Assembly (NCBI GenBank): GCA_003697105.1
Contig: RFFQ01000003.1
Coordinates: forward strand, 4,235-68,234
DNA length: 64,000 bases
Direction of reading: 5' to 3'
DNA from: Gemmatimonadota bacterium
GTDB lineage: Bacteria; 4572-55; J002
The notes under the pieces are model-generated. The model ran no database searches. It had not been told where the DNA came from and saw only the letters and a list, made by a program, of their open reading frames with translations. The position numbers were made by a program, and so were the translations under genes. Position 1 is the stretch's first letter; every line of letters begins with the position of its first letter. This document shows, piece by piece, positions 1-9,231 of this stretch.

Positions 1-67
1 CCACGAACGGAGACGTATTTAAAACTTTATTTATCAGCGTTTTACAACCATTTTATGTGAGCGCATC

Positions 68-3000
68 ATGTCTGAACATATCCCGACTCATTGGCGGATT
101 GGTCTAAACCTACCGGAAAACGTACAGCAACAGATACAGGAACTCTGTGTGGCAGAGTTCCCGTGGAAAATTGACTGGATAGAATCCCCGGCAGACCTCA
201 CAGAAATAGACATCATGATTCAGACCGGTCCCACAGAAGACTTCCTCCCGGCAAGTCTGCCGGTGCTTTATGTGCTCACTACCGAAAACGCCGGTGTACT
301 CCGCCAGATTCAAAACCAGCCGCTGACCTATTATCTCTACCAAGATGAACTTTCTGCACGGAATCTGCAACGTGCCTTACAGACGCTCCTCAAATTTCGC
401 CAATTGTATTTTAAGGATCAACTGGGGGACAAAACCGATGCCGACTTTCAAGCTATTTTTAATAATAGTACGCAAGGATTCATCTTGGTCTCACCGGAGG
501 GCATCATTCGGGCGGCAAATCCTACCGCCCATCACATGTCGGAACAGGTTTGGGGTAAAACGCTGCATATCGGTTCACCGTTAGGGGACTACGCCCGTCC
601 CGAAAATAAGGCAAGTTTCCGGGAATTGTTCCGCAAGGCACTTGCCGGAGAGACCACCATCATTGAACGCAACATGCACGATATTCATGGCAACCCGAAA
701 TGGTTTGAGTTTACCTACTCGCCAGTTTGGGACCCCCATGAGGGTGTAGTCACCGGAGTCTGTTTTACGGCACTTGATATTGATGATCGCAAACGGATGG
801 AGAAAGCCGTTCAGGCCATCGCGGAATCGGCAGTGATTTTGGATGCGCAGGAATTTTTCCGCATCTGTGTATCGAGCCTCGCCGCCGCGTACAATACCAA
901 ATATGCGCTGATCGGTCTGTTCGTGGAGGGCTCCCGGGAACGGATTCGTACCTTAGCCTTTTGGGATACCGATCATGTGGCAGAAAACTTTGAGTATGAT
1001 TTGGCACACACCCCCTGCGAAAACGTGATCATGGAGCGTACCCCCCAATTGATTCCCCAAGACGTGCAAATCCAATTTCCCGAGGATCCATTAGCCGCTG
1101 ATCTGAATGTGCAAAGTTATTTCGGGACCGCATTAGGTACTGCCGGACAAGAGGTACAAGGCATTTTAGCCGTAATGGATACTAAACCGCTCCGCATCGC
1201 CTCCTGGACAGAACCGGTGTTACGCATCTTTGCCAATCGCATCACCTTAGAACTGGAAAATGTCCGCACCCGATCCGCCTTGCAAGAAAGTGAAGAGATG
1301 TACCGCCAACTGATCGGCGCTCAAGGTGAGGGCTTAGCCATTGTGGATCAAAACGAAACGTTTATCTTTGCCAATCCGGCCGCAGAGAACATTTTTGGGG
1401 TGGATCCCAACACATTAGTAGGGCAAAATCTGCGTCAATTTACCACCGCCGAAACTTTCGCCATGCTCCAAAAACAGACCCGTTTGCGGAAAAAAGGTAA
1501 GAAAAACAGTTACACCGCCGATATCATCCAACCGAGCGGAGATGTGCGGCATTTACTGGTCACCGCAACGCTGTGGTTTGACGAGAACAACGGGCACTGG
1601 AAAGGCGCTTTGGCAATCTTTCGGGATGAAACCGATAGGCAATCTGCCGAGATTAAAATCCGCCGGAGTGAAGAAAAGTTTAAAACCCTCTTTGAGTCTG
1701 AACCCGCCGCCGTGCTACTGGAAAACGTCGACGGGAAAATCATTGACTGTAACACCTCAGCGATCAAGCTATTTAAATGCGAAAAATCCGCCCTTCTTCA
1801 GTGTACCGTGCAAGAATTAATCAGTGACAATTCCCCCCAACCGTATCCCCACACGCTTCATGGGGTCAAAAATTTCCTGCTAGATGTAGTGTGCCGGCGG
1901 CTAGATGGCACTGAATTTCCGGCAGAAGTGACCCTCAAGCAGATTAAAATCGATCAGGAGCCCTTTTTACTGACCGTCATTCGTGATATTACGGTACGCA
2001 AATCCGCCGAAGAAGCCCTTCGGGCCAGCGAACGGCGGTTACGGCGGCAACATCAAGTGCTGGTCAATCTGGCGCGGGATGAGGCGATAGCGAGTGGTAA
2101 TCTCAGTTTGGCATTGGAACGGATCGCCTCTTCGGCGGCACGAGCATTGGAGGTGGGGCGAGTAAGCATCTGGCTGTTTAACGAGAACCGCACCCAATTG
2201 CACTGTCTCCACCAATATCACGCCGATAAGGTTCAGGAAACAATTTTGGAACTCTCCATAATCGATCATCCGCGCTATTTTGAAGCACTCAATCAAGAAC
2301 GGGCACTGGTGGCTGATGATGTTTTTATGGACCCCCGGTTGAGTGAATTAGCAGCGAATTATTTCCATCCGAATCAGGTAGCCGCGCTGATTCATGCCCC
2401 AATCCGGCTTGGGAATCGCCTTATGGGGGTTGTTTGTCACGAACATTTGCATCACTCCCGCCGCTGGACGTTGGATGAGCAAAATTTTGCCGGTTCGATG
2501 GCAGACTTGGTTGCCTTGGTGTTAGAAACCAACAACCGTAAACAGACCGCCGCCGCCCTTGCCGCGGAAAAGGAACGGCTGGCGGTAACGCTCCGCTCCA
2601 TTGGGGATGGTGTGATTACCACAGACCTCGCCGGACGAATACTGATGCTGAATCCCATTGCCGAAAACCTGACCGGCTGGCAGGAAGACGAAGCCCTCGG
2701 ACAGTCAATCATGTCCGTGATGAACATCATTGACCCCATCACGGAACAGCCCTGTGAAAATCCGGTGGATCGGGTCTTAAAATCCGAGGATATTACCGTT
2801 GTGGAAGGACACCACGTGTTGATCTCCAAAGACGGAAAGCGCGCCGATATTGCCGATAGTGCCGCCCCCATTCGGGATACCAGTGGCAATATCATCGGGA
2901 TCGTGGTCGTTTTCCGCGACATCACCGAATTTCAGCAATTGGAAAATGCCAAGATCAGCTTTTTGAACACGATCAGCCACGAACTGCGCACCCCCCTCAC

Positions 3001-4075
3001 CCCGATCATCGGTTATACGGAGTTGTTGCTCAGTATGGACATCTCCGAACGAGCAAAAGATTTTGTCCAACGGATTTCGGCGGCGGCGTACCGGGAACGC
3101 GATTTAGTGGAGGAAATTCTATCGATTGTCCGCTTTGAAAGTGGCGTAGATGCCTATCACTTTGAAAAAATGAACGCTTACACGGTTATTTCCGATGTTT
3201 GCCAAAATTGCCAAATGCTAGTCCGTAAGATGATCGAAGAGCGGCACAAAACGACAACGTATGACTACCACTACACGATTTCGAACCAGCTCAAATCGAT
3301 CCGGATAAACGTGGATAAAGAACCTTTCCAACAGGTGATAGAAAATCTCCTCACCAACGCCATTAAATATTCTCCGCCAGACCGGCTCTCCCTGCAAGTC
3401 CACGCCGAACGGGCGAGTGATATGGTACAGATTTCCGTAATCGATCGGGGATTGGGTATTCCAGCCGCGGAACGCCATAAAATCTTTCAGCCTTTTTACC
3501 AGATTCGTAAGGGCAGTTTTGATGTTTCCGATGGCATCGGGCATGGGTTGGTCATTGTCAAACGCTACGTGGAAGCACAGGGGGGCACCATTACGGTGGA
3601 AAGTGAGGAAGGTCAGGGTAGTACGTTTACGTTCACGGTGCCCATCGCGGAAGAACTCACCTCAAACACCGCCATTGAGAAAATTTTACTCATTGAAGAT
3701 GATCCCGAAACGGCAGATTTTATTGACGTGTTGCTCACGTCACATAATTATACCGTAACGACCGCCCCAACCGGTACAGATGGGTTAGTCTATCTGTCCC
3801 ATGCGCTACCGGACATCATTATTCTGGATTTGCAACTGCCGGATATGGACGGGCAAGAGGTCATCGCCTATATGCAAGACCACGGTATTTCTATACCGGT
3901 AATTTTGTGCAGCGCCCAACCCCCGGAGGTGTTACAGCATGTGGCACAGCAAAGCCAACAACCTGTCCGGTGCATTTCCAAACCTTTTAATATCAATCAA
4001 CTGGTACAGATGATTCACACCATTGAAGCGGATTATCACAATGCGGTCACTCAAACAGCGAAGGAGTACCGATGA
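68..4075 (+). CDS. Multi-sensor hybrid histidine kinase (several PAS/PAC repeats, GAF, HisKA, HATPase_c, C-terminal REC)
   Basis: 1335-aa ORF with repeated PAS-like segments, a GAF-like block, the H-box ISHELRTPLTPIIGY, and N/G-box motifs (NAIKYS, DRGLGIP, GHGLVIVKRYVEAQGG). It ends in a receiver domain (LLIEDD, ILDLQLPDMDG). The stop overlaps the next gene's ATG (ATGA). Confidence 0.85.
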   Translation: MSEHIPTHWRIGLNLPENVQQQIQELCVAEFPWKIDWIESPADLTEIDIMIQTGPTEDFLPASLPVLYVLTTENAGVLRQIQNQPLTYYLYQDELSARNLQRALQTLLKFRQLYFKDQLGDKTDADFQAIFNNSTQGFILVSPEGIIRAANPTAHHMSEQVWGKTLHIGSPLGDYARPENKASFRELFRKALAGETTIIERNMHDIHGNPKWFEFTYSPVWDPHEGVVTGVCFTALDIDDRKRMEKAVQAIAESAVILDAQEFFRICVSSLAAAYNTKYALIGLFVEGSRERIRTLAFWDTDHVAENFEYDLAHTPCENVIMERTPQLIPQDVQIQFPEDPLAADLNVQSYFGTALGTAGQEVQGILAVMDTKPLRIASWTEPVLRIFANRITLELENVRTRSALQESEEMYRQLIGAQGEGLAIVDQNETFIFANPAAENIFGVDPNTLVGQNLRQFTTAETFAMLQKQTRLRKKGKKNSYTADIIQPSGDVRHLLVTATLWFDENNGHWKGALAIFRDETDRQSAEIKIRRSEEKFKTLFESEPAAVLLENVDGKIIDCNTSAIKLFKCEKSALLQCTVQELISDNSPQPYPHTLHGVKNFLLDVVCRRLDGTEFPAEVTLKQIKIDQEPFLLTVIRDITVRKSAEEALRASERRLRRQHQVLVNLARDEAIASGNLSLALERIASSAARALEVGRVSIWLFNENRTQLHCLHQYHADKVQETILELSIIDHPRYFEALNQERALVADDVFMDPRLSELAANYFHPNQVAALIHAPIRLGNRLMGVVCHEHLHHSRRWTLDEQNFAGSMADLVALVLETNNRKQTAAALAAEKERLAVTLRSIGDGVITTDLAGRILMLNPIAENLTGWQEDEALGQSIMSVMNIIDPITEQPCENPVDRVLKSEDITVVEGHHVLISKDGKRADIADSAAPIRDTSGNIIGIVVVFRDITEFQQLENAKISFLNTISHELRTPLTPIIGYTELLLSMDISERAKDFVQRISAAAYRERDLVEEILSIVRFESGVDAYHFEKMNAYTVISDVCQNCQMLVRKMIEERHKTTTYDYHYTISNQLKSIRINVDKEPFQQVIENLLTNAIKYSPPDRLSLQVHAERASDMVQISVIDRGLGIPAAERHKIFQPFYQIRKGSFDVSDGIGHGLVIVKRYVEAQGGTITVESEEGQGSTFTFTVPIAEELTSNTAIEKILLIEDDPETADFIDVLLTSHNYTVTTAPTGTDGLVYLSHALPDIIILDLQLPDMDGQEVIAYMQDHGISIPVILCSAQPPEVLQHVAQQSQQPVRCISKPFNINQLVQMIHTIEADYHNAVTQTAKEYR

Positions 4076-6477
4076 GTTTGGATTGGTTGGCTCGAATCAA
4101 GGCTAAAATTGCTGCTGGGGCAGATGTCACGGCGGAGTTGGACCAACTGGCGGAGCGACTTAACACCCTTGAACAGGAAAATCAGGAACTTCTTGCCACA
4201 GAACGCAAACTGGAAGAAGCTCTGAAAACCGCCTATCTTTTGGAACAAGAATTGATACGGGCAAATACCGCTCTAAAAACCTCCGAAGACAATCTAAGAG
4301 CCATTTTTAACAGTAGCTTACAAGCGTTTTTCCTCATTGACCGCAACTACCGCGTGCTGGCATTTAACCGCATGGCAAATGAGTGGGCAAAATTGCTGTT
4401 CGAGCGGGAAATTCAGGAAGGTGACTTTATCTTAGATTTTATTCACGCCGATTTACACCCCGACTTTTTGGCGGATTTTGAATGTGTCTTACAGGGCGAA
4501 CCCCTCCATCTGGATCGCAATATCATTTTGGTGGATAATGTTCATTCGTGGTTTCAGTACCATTACGATCCGGTGATTGATGAGCAAGGACGGGTCAACC
4601 GGTTTTGTATGAGTTTTAAAGATATTAACGACCGTAAAGCGGCGCTGGAGAAAATCCGCCGCAGTGAGGAGCAATATCGTCGCTTTTTTGAGGAAGATTT
4701 AACTGGTGATTTCATCATCACCCTTGAGGGAAACCTGATTGATTGTAACCCGGCATTCCGGCAAATGTTCGGGATACACTCCCCAACCGATCCCCGCTTA
4801 CCATCCCTCTTCCAGCACCCACAAAATCAAACACAGTTCCAGATCTATTTGGACGTGATTCAAAAAGAAGGGAAACTGGAAAATTACGAACACGAATTGA
4901 TGACACCCGACGATAAGCCGATTATCGTCATTGCCAATATCATTGGCGAGTACGACCATCTCAACCGCTTATTCCAATTGCGCGGATATCTGTTTGACAT
5001 CACGGATCGCAAACGCGCCGAAGAGATGATGCAACGATTAGGGCGATTGGTGGATAGCTCCCTGAACGAAATTTACGTCTTTGATGCCGAAACACTCTAT
5101 TTCAAGCAAGTGAATCACGGAGCATTACGCAATTTGGGCTATTCCTTAGACCAATTACTCAATATGACACCGTTACATCTCATGCCGGAGATGTCGCCCA
5201 AGCGCTTTGAAAATATCTTGACCACGTTGCGCACACAGGAACAACAATTGGTTTCGTTTGAAACCGTTCACGTCCGGCAGGATGGCTCCACATATCCGGT
5301 CGAAGTCCGCTTGCAACTCTCCCCCGCGGAACATCCCCCAGTCTTCATGGCAATTGTGCAGGATATTACCGAACCCCAACGGCTGGAACAAGCGAAAAAT
5401 AGCTTCCTGAACGCCATTAGTCATGAACTGCGAACCCCTCTAACCCCGATCATCGGCTACACCCAATTGCTCCTCAAAATGAATCTCGGAGAACAGGCAG
5501 ATTCATTCTTCCGGCAGATTCTGAAATCCGCCGAACGGGAACAAACATTGGTTGAAGAACTGATCGACTTAGCCCAGTTGGAGCAAGGCGTTCGTCATTA
5601 CGACTTGGAATTGGTCAACGCCTATAAATTTTTCTCTGAAATTATCGTCACCGGGGAATTGCTCGTGCGCGAAAAGGTCAAAGAACGCTATAAAACAGAC
5701 CAGTTTCATTACCACTACACCTTATCGCCGCAACTCCGCTCCCAGCGGTTAAAAGTGGATAAATTTCGGATTCAATCCGTGATGGAAAATTTGCTCAATA
5801 ATGCCCTTAAATATTCCTCTCCGGAGCAGATCGATATATCGATTTCGATCCAACTGGAGAAAGGTGAAATACATGTGGCAGTTTCCGATCGAGGCTGTGG
5901 AATTCCATCGCGCGAATTCACCAATATATTTCAACCCTTTTACCAGATTCGGAAAAAGAAATTTGATGTTTCCGATGGTATTGGGCAGGGCTTAACCTTA
6001 GCAAAGCGCTACGTAGAGGGGCACGGCGGACGCATTTTTGTCGAAAGCGAAGTAGGATATGGTAGTACCTTCACCTTCACCTTACCGGTGGTGCAGGAAT
6101 TTGACCGACCCCGCGACATCCAGCGTATTTTGGTTGTGGAAGATGATTCCATTAATGCCTCTTACATCCAATTCTTACTGGAAGAACACAACTATGCGGT
6201 GACATTGGTCTCCACCGGTCAGGATGCCATCTCTGCTCTGCAATCCGGTTCGTTTGATTTGGTGATTTTAGATATTCAACTCCCCGACATGGATGGCAGT
6301 GACATTATTCAGTTTATCAAAGCAAAATATCCGCAGATGTTGGTTATCCTCTGTAGTGCCCAACCTAAAAAGAAACTCGCCAAGTGGGTTGAAGAAAGTA
6401 CCATACCCATGCAGTATATCTCTAAACCCTTCAAGGCAGAAGAACTGCTTGATAAAATTGATATTTGGAAGCTATAG
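4072..6477 (+). CDS. PAS-domain hybrid sensor histidine kinase / response regulator
   Basis: 801 aa with an N-terminal coiled-coil and PAS repeats. The H-box is ISHELRTPLTPIIGY, the HATPase_c motifs are NALKYS and DRGCGIP, and a C-terminal REC is present (VVEDD, ILDIQLPDMDG). It is a paralogue of the upstream kinase and is translationally coupled to it. Confidence 0.85.
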   Translation: MSLDWLARIKAKIAAGADVTAELDQLAERLNTLEQENQELLATERKLEEALKTAYLLEQELIRANTALKTSEDNLRAIFNSSLQAFFLIDRNYRVLAFNRMANEWAKLLFEREIQEGDFILDFIHADLHPDFLADFECVLQGEPLHLDRNIILVDNVHSWFQYHYDPVIDEQGRVNRFCMSFKDINDRKAALEKIRRSEEQYRRFFEEDLTGDFIITLEGNLIDCNPAFRQMFGIHSPTDPRLPSLFQHPQNQTQFQIYLDVIQKEGKLENYEHELMTPDDKPIIVIANIIGEYDHLNRLFQLRGYLFDITDRKRAEEMMQRLGRLVDSSLNEIYVFDAETLYFKQVNHGALRNLGYSLDQLLNMTPLHLMPEMSPKRFENILTTLRTQEQQLVSFETVHVRQDGSTYPVEVRLQLSPAEHPPVFMAIVQDITEPQRLEQAKNSFLNAISHELRTPLTPIIGYTQLLLKMNLGEQADSFFRQILKSAEREQTLVEELIDLAQLEQGVRHYDLELVNAYKFFSEIIVTGELLVREKVKERYKTDQFHYHYTLSPQLRSQRLKVDKFRIQSVMENLLNNALKYSSPEQIDISISIQLEKGEIHVAVSDRGCGIPSREFTNIFQPFYQIRKKKFDVSDGIGQGLTLAKRYVEGHGGRIFVESEVGYGSTFTFTLPVVQEFDRPRDIQRILVVEDDSINASYIQFLLEEHNYAVTLVSTGQDAISALQSGSFDLVILDIQLPDMDGSDIIQFIKAKYPQMLVILCSAQPKKKLAKWVEESTIPMQYISKPFKAEELLDKIDIWKL

Positions 6478-6558
6478 CCCTTCCCAACTCGCTAGAAGTA
6501 CCTCTTCACCACAAATATACGTGTGTATTTCATAACCTATTTAAGGAGATATGTATCA

Positions 6559-8133
6559 ATGCGGCAGTTTCAATCTGTTCTGTTGATCCTTTGGATCGGC
6601 TTCGCCACCCTGACCGTACCGGTGGAAGCCCAAATGTACCATCCACGCAGTGTTATGGAAGCGTTGGACACCGCCGGCGAAAACCGCACCGAACTAGAAG
6701 CCGTGCTAAATCACTATCTGAATGAAAACGACCCGCTAAAATTACTCGCCGCTTATTATCTCATCGAGAATATGGGAGACCATAGCTACGTCACCATTGC
6801 CCTATATGATAGTACAAAAGCGGAAGTGGATTATGAGGTGCTCGCTTACCCCAATTTTGATTCCCTGTTGGTGGAGTTAGAAGCCATCGAAACAGAACGG
6901 GGAGAATTGAATTTTGATCGCAAAGCGAAAATCTTAGACCGGGAGGTGATCACCGCCGAATATCTCATTCAAAATATCGATCTGGCATTCCAAGCCTGGC
7001 ATGAAAAGCCCTGGGCACGTTGGTTGACCTTTGCCCAATTTTGTGATTACGTTCTGCCGTATCGGGGAAGCAATGAACCGCTGGAAGCATGGCGCGCCTA
7101 CTTTTTGAGCGAATTTGCAAATCTACCGGATCAATTGGACAATCCAACCGATCCGGTAGCGGCGGCTCAACAGATCAACAATGGTATTAAAAGCTGGTTC
7201 GGATTTGATGCCCGATTTTATTTGCACCCCACAGACCAAGGGTTGAGTGAAATGCAACAGAACAAACTCGGACGTTGCGAAGATATGACGAATCTGACAA
7301 TTTATGCCATGCGGGCGAATGGCTTAGCCGTGACCAGTGATTACACCCCGCATTGGGCAGATACCGGTAACAATCATGCTTGGAATGCGATTTTACTACC
7401 CAACGGCAACGTCGTTCCATTTATGGGGTGTGAGGCGAATCCGGGGGAATATCACCTGAACCATAAAGCGGCAAAGGTGTATCGTAAAATGTTTGCCGAA
7501 CAGCCGCAAAATTTGGCATTCCTTAAACCGGAGTGGGAGGCCGTACCCCGCTGGCTTGCCGGCAAAAATTACATAGATGTCACTGCAGATTACACGGAGG
7601 TTTGTGATGTCACCCTCACCCTCACGCAACCCGTACCGGATAGCGTTACCTTCGCGTATCTCGGTGTTTTCAATGCTGGAGAGTGGCGGGCAATCCACTG
7701 GGGCAAAATCGAACCCGACCGGCAAGTGACATTCACCGATATGGGCAAAAATATCGCGTATATCCCGCTCTATTATGTGCATGAGGAGTTAATCCCGGCC
7801 GGTGTGCCATTTATTTTGCAAGAAGACAACACGATCCGTCCGTTGATCGCCGATACCACCCAAACCGCAACAGTCAAGTTGATTTCCACGACCCGCCGGG
7901 TGTTGGATCGCTCCACAGATGGCATTGAACAAACCTTTTTAACCCCAGATACGGAATACGAACTCTTTTACTGGCAAGATGAATGGGTTTCGCTGGGTAC
8001 GCAAATCGCCACGGAGAAACCACTTTACTTTGAAGCGGTGCCCCACGGCGGTCTCTACTGGCTGGTGGAGAAGGATTCGCGAGAAGAAGAGCGTATTTTT
8101 ACTATGGAAAACGGGAAGCAAATTTGGTGGTAG
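6559..8133 (+). CDS. Secreted transglutaminase-like domain protein
   Basis: The track ORF begins at a GTG at 6523. The likelier start is the ATG at 6559, which sits 10 nt after an AAGGAG RBS and leads straight into a signal peptide (MRQFQSVLLILWIGFATLTVPVEAQ). Mid-protein there is a Cys...His...Asp arrangement (GRCEDMTN ... NNHAWNAI) typical of the transglutaminase-like cysteine-protease fold. Confidence 0.55.
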   Translation: MRQFQSVLLILWIGFATLTVPVEAQMYHPRSVMEALDTAGENRTELEAVLNHYLNENDPLKLLAAYYLIENMGDHSYVTIALYDSTKAEVDYEVLAYPNFDSLLVELEAIETERGELNFDRKAKILDREVITAEYLIQNIDLAFQAWHEKPWARWLTFAQFCDYVLPYRGSNEPLEAWRAYFLSEFANLPDQLDNPTDPVAAAQQINNGIKSWFGFDARFYLHPTDQGLSEMQQNKLGRCEDMTNLTIYAMRANGLAVTSDYTPHWADTGNNHAWNAILLPNGNVVPFMGCEANPGEYHLNHKAAKVYRKMFAEQPQNLAFLKPEWEAVPRWLAGKNYIDVTADYTEVCDVTLTLTQPVPDSVTFAYLGVFNAGEWRAIHWGKIEPDRQVTFTDMGKNIAYIPLYYVHEELIPAGVPFILQEDNTIRPLIADTTQTATVKLISTTRRVLDRSTDGIEQTFLTPDTEYELFYWQDEWVSLGTQIATEKPLYFEAVPHGGLYWLVEKDSREEERIFTMENGKQIWW

Positions 8134-8196
8134 ATCAATTGCACGGGTAGCTTCCCGCAACTATTTTTGTATCCTCCCAACTATGAAAAGTCGGGA

Positions 8197-9210
8197 TCAT
8201 TTCAGCAAAATCATATACTTAGATGCCGTATAGCGTTCGGTTTCAAGTTGGTACATATAGAGACCACTACCCACCGGATGTCCTTGCTGATTCGTCCCAT
8301 CCCAGAAAACCGAGTATTCACCCGCCGGTTGTGTCGTTTCGAGTAAGGTCTTAATCAATTTTCCAGAAACATCATAAACACTCAATTTGAGATGGCTAGG
8401 GTGAGATAAATCATACGGGATTTGGGTTACCGGATTGAAAGGATTAGGGTAGTTTTGGTGCAATACATGTGTTGGAGGTATCGTAACACCATGATGAATT
8501 GCAACATCCGTTTGGAGATCAACATCAATTTTACGAGCTTGATATACTTCATGAGTGGTGTCATTTTGGATAAACACAACCACCGCTAAATTTTCGGCAT
8601 TCCAATCTTCGGCGAGGGTAAATGACCGGTCTATGGTTACCGATTCCCCGGCTTGTGAAATCGAAAGGGGTTCATTCGCCAATAAATCCCGCAAAACATG
8701 ATCAAACTGACGATTGAAATAGAAAAGTGAATCCTCAATGACCGCAAAATGGACAAAAACATTTGTTGAATCTATCGATTCTTCCAGAGTGACGGTAGCA
8801 GTTATCAAGCCTTCTGTAGCACCAATGGTAGCCCTTAAATCCAGTACCATTGGGCTTGGAATTCCCAACCGCGCTTGGACTTCCGGGAGATAAACATCAT
8901 AGATTGTTGGCCAAGCACCCAAAACGTGCCTTACACCGTCAAAATAGGTATTGGGCGTACCTTCTAGCCCGTAATACGCCACCCATCGTTCCGTACCTTC
9001 TGGGATTTCATAAATATCTTCAAAATGATATTTAATGGGTGCAACATTATATTCATCGAGCAACTGCTCGACCGCGGCATACGCGTATGTACATGTCGCT
9101 CACCACACCGCCGTTTGCATTTCGATCAACACCGTTCGCTCTGCCGAAAAACCGGTTTGACTGCTAAAGAACATAATGGACATAATCAAACACAAAATGA
9201 ATTTACGCAT
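8197..9210 (-). CDS. T9SS-sorted secreted thioredoxin-fold protein with an in-frame UGA at the CxxC nucleophile position (candidate selenoprotein; otherwise a disrupted gene)
   Basis: The ATG at 9210 lies 6 nt after an AAGGAG RBS. The product reads MRKFILCLIMSIMFFSSQTGFSAERTVLIEMQTAVW-[TGA]-ATCTYAYAAVEQLLDEYN, and continues in frame into the track ORF 8197..9063 without a frame change. The W-[U]-A-T-C element and a downstream YGLEGTPNTYFDG (cis-Pro) match the thioredoxin WCxxC...cis-Pro pattern. The C-terminus (NYPNPFNP ... LSVYDVSGKLIKTL ... GSGLYMYQL) is a T9SS C-terminal sorting domain. A palindrome (9078-9089) and a 6-bp-stem hairpin (9057-9072) lie 10-45 nt 3' of the UGA, inside the coding region. 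Confidence 0.5.
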
Positions 9211-9231
9211 GGTTGGCTCCTTATCTTTGAG

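Noticed and set aside
6465-6725. 86-aa plus-strand ORF overlapping the start of the transglutaminase-like gene
   Set aside because: It is in a different frame from the gene that has the RBS-supported start at 6559. It is Arg/His-rich with no features and is probably not coding.
8134-8196. Terminator between the convergent transglutaminase-like and thioredoxin-fold T9SS genes
   Set aside because: Only a 3-4-bp CGGG/CCCG stem with a short T-run, which is below the confidence threshold.
9100-9102. TGA reassignment (genetic code 4 or 25) as the explanation for the in-frame TGA
   Set aside because: TGA is used as a bona fide stop in many genes here, for example the hoxF stop overlapping the hoxU ATG (ATGA at 51664-51667) and the ATGA junction at 38691-38694. 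A global recoding is therefore excluded. Only local Sec recoding, a nonsense mutation or a sequencing error remain.
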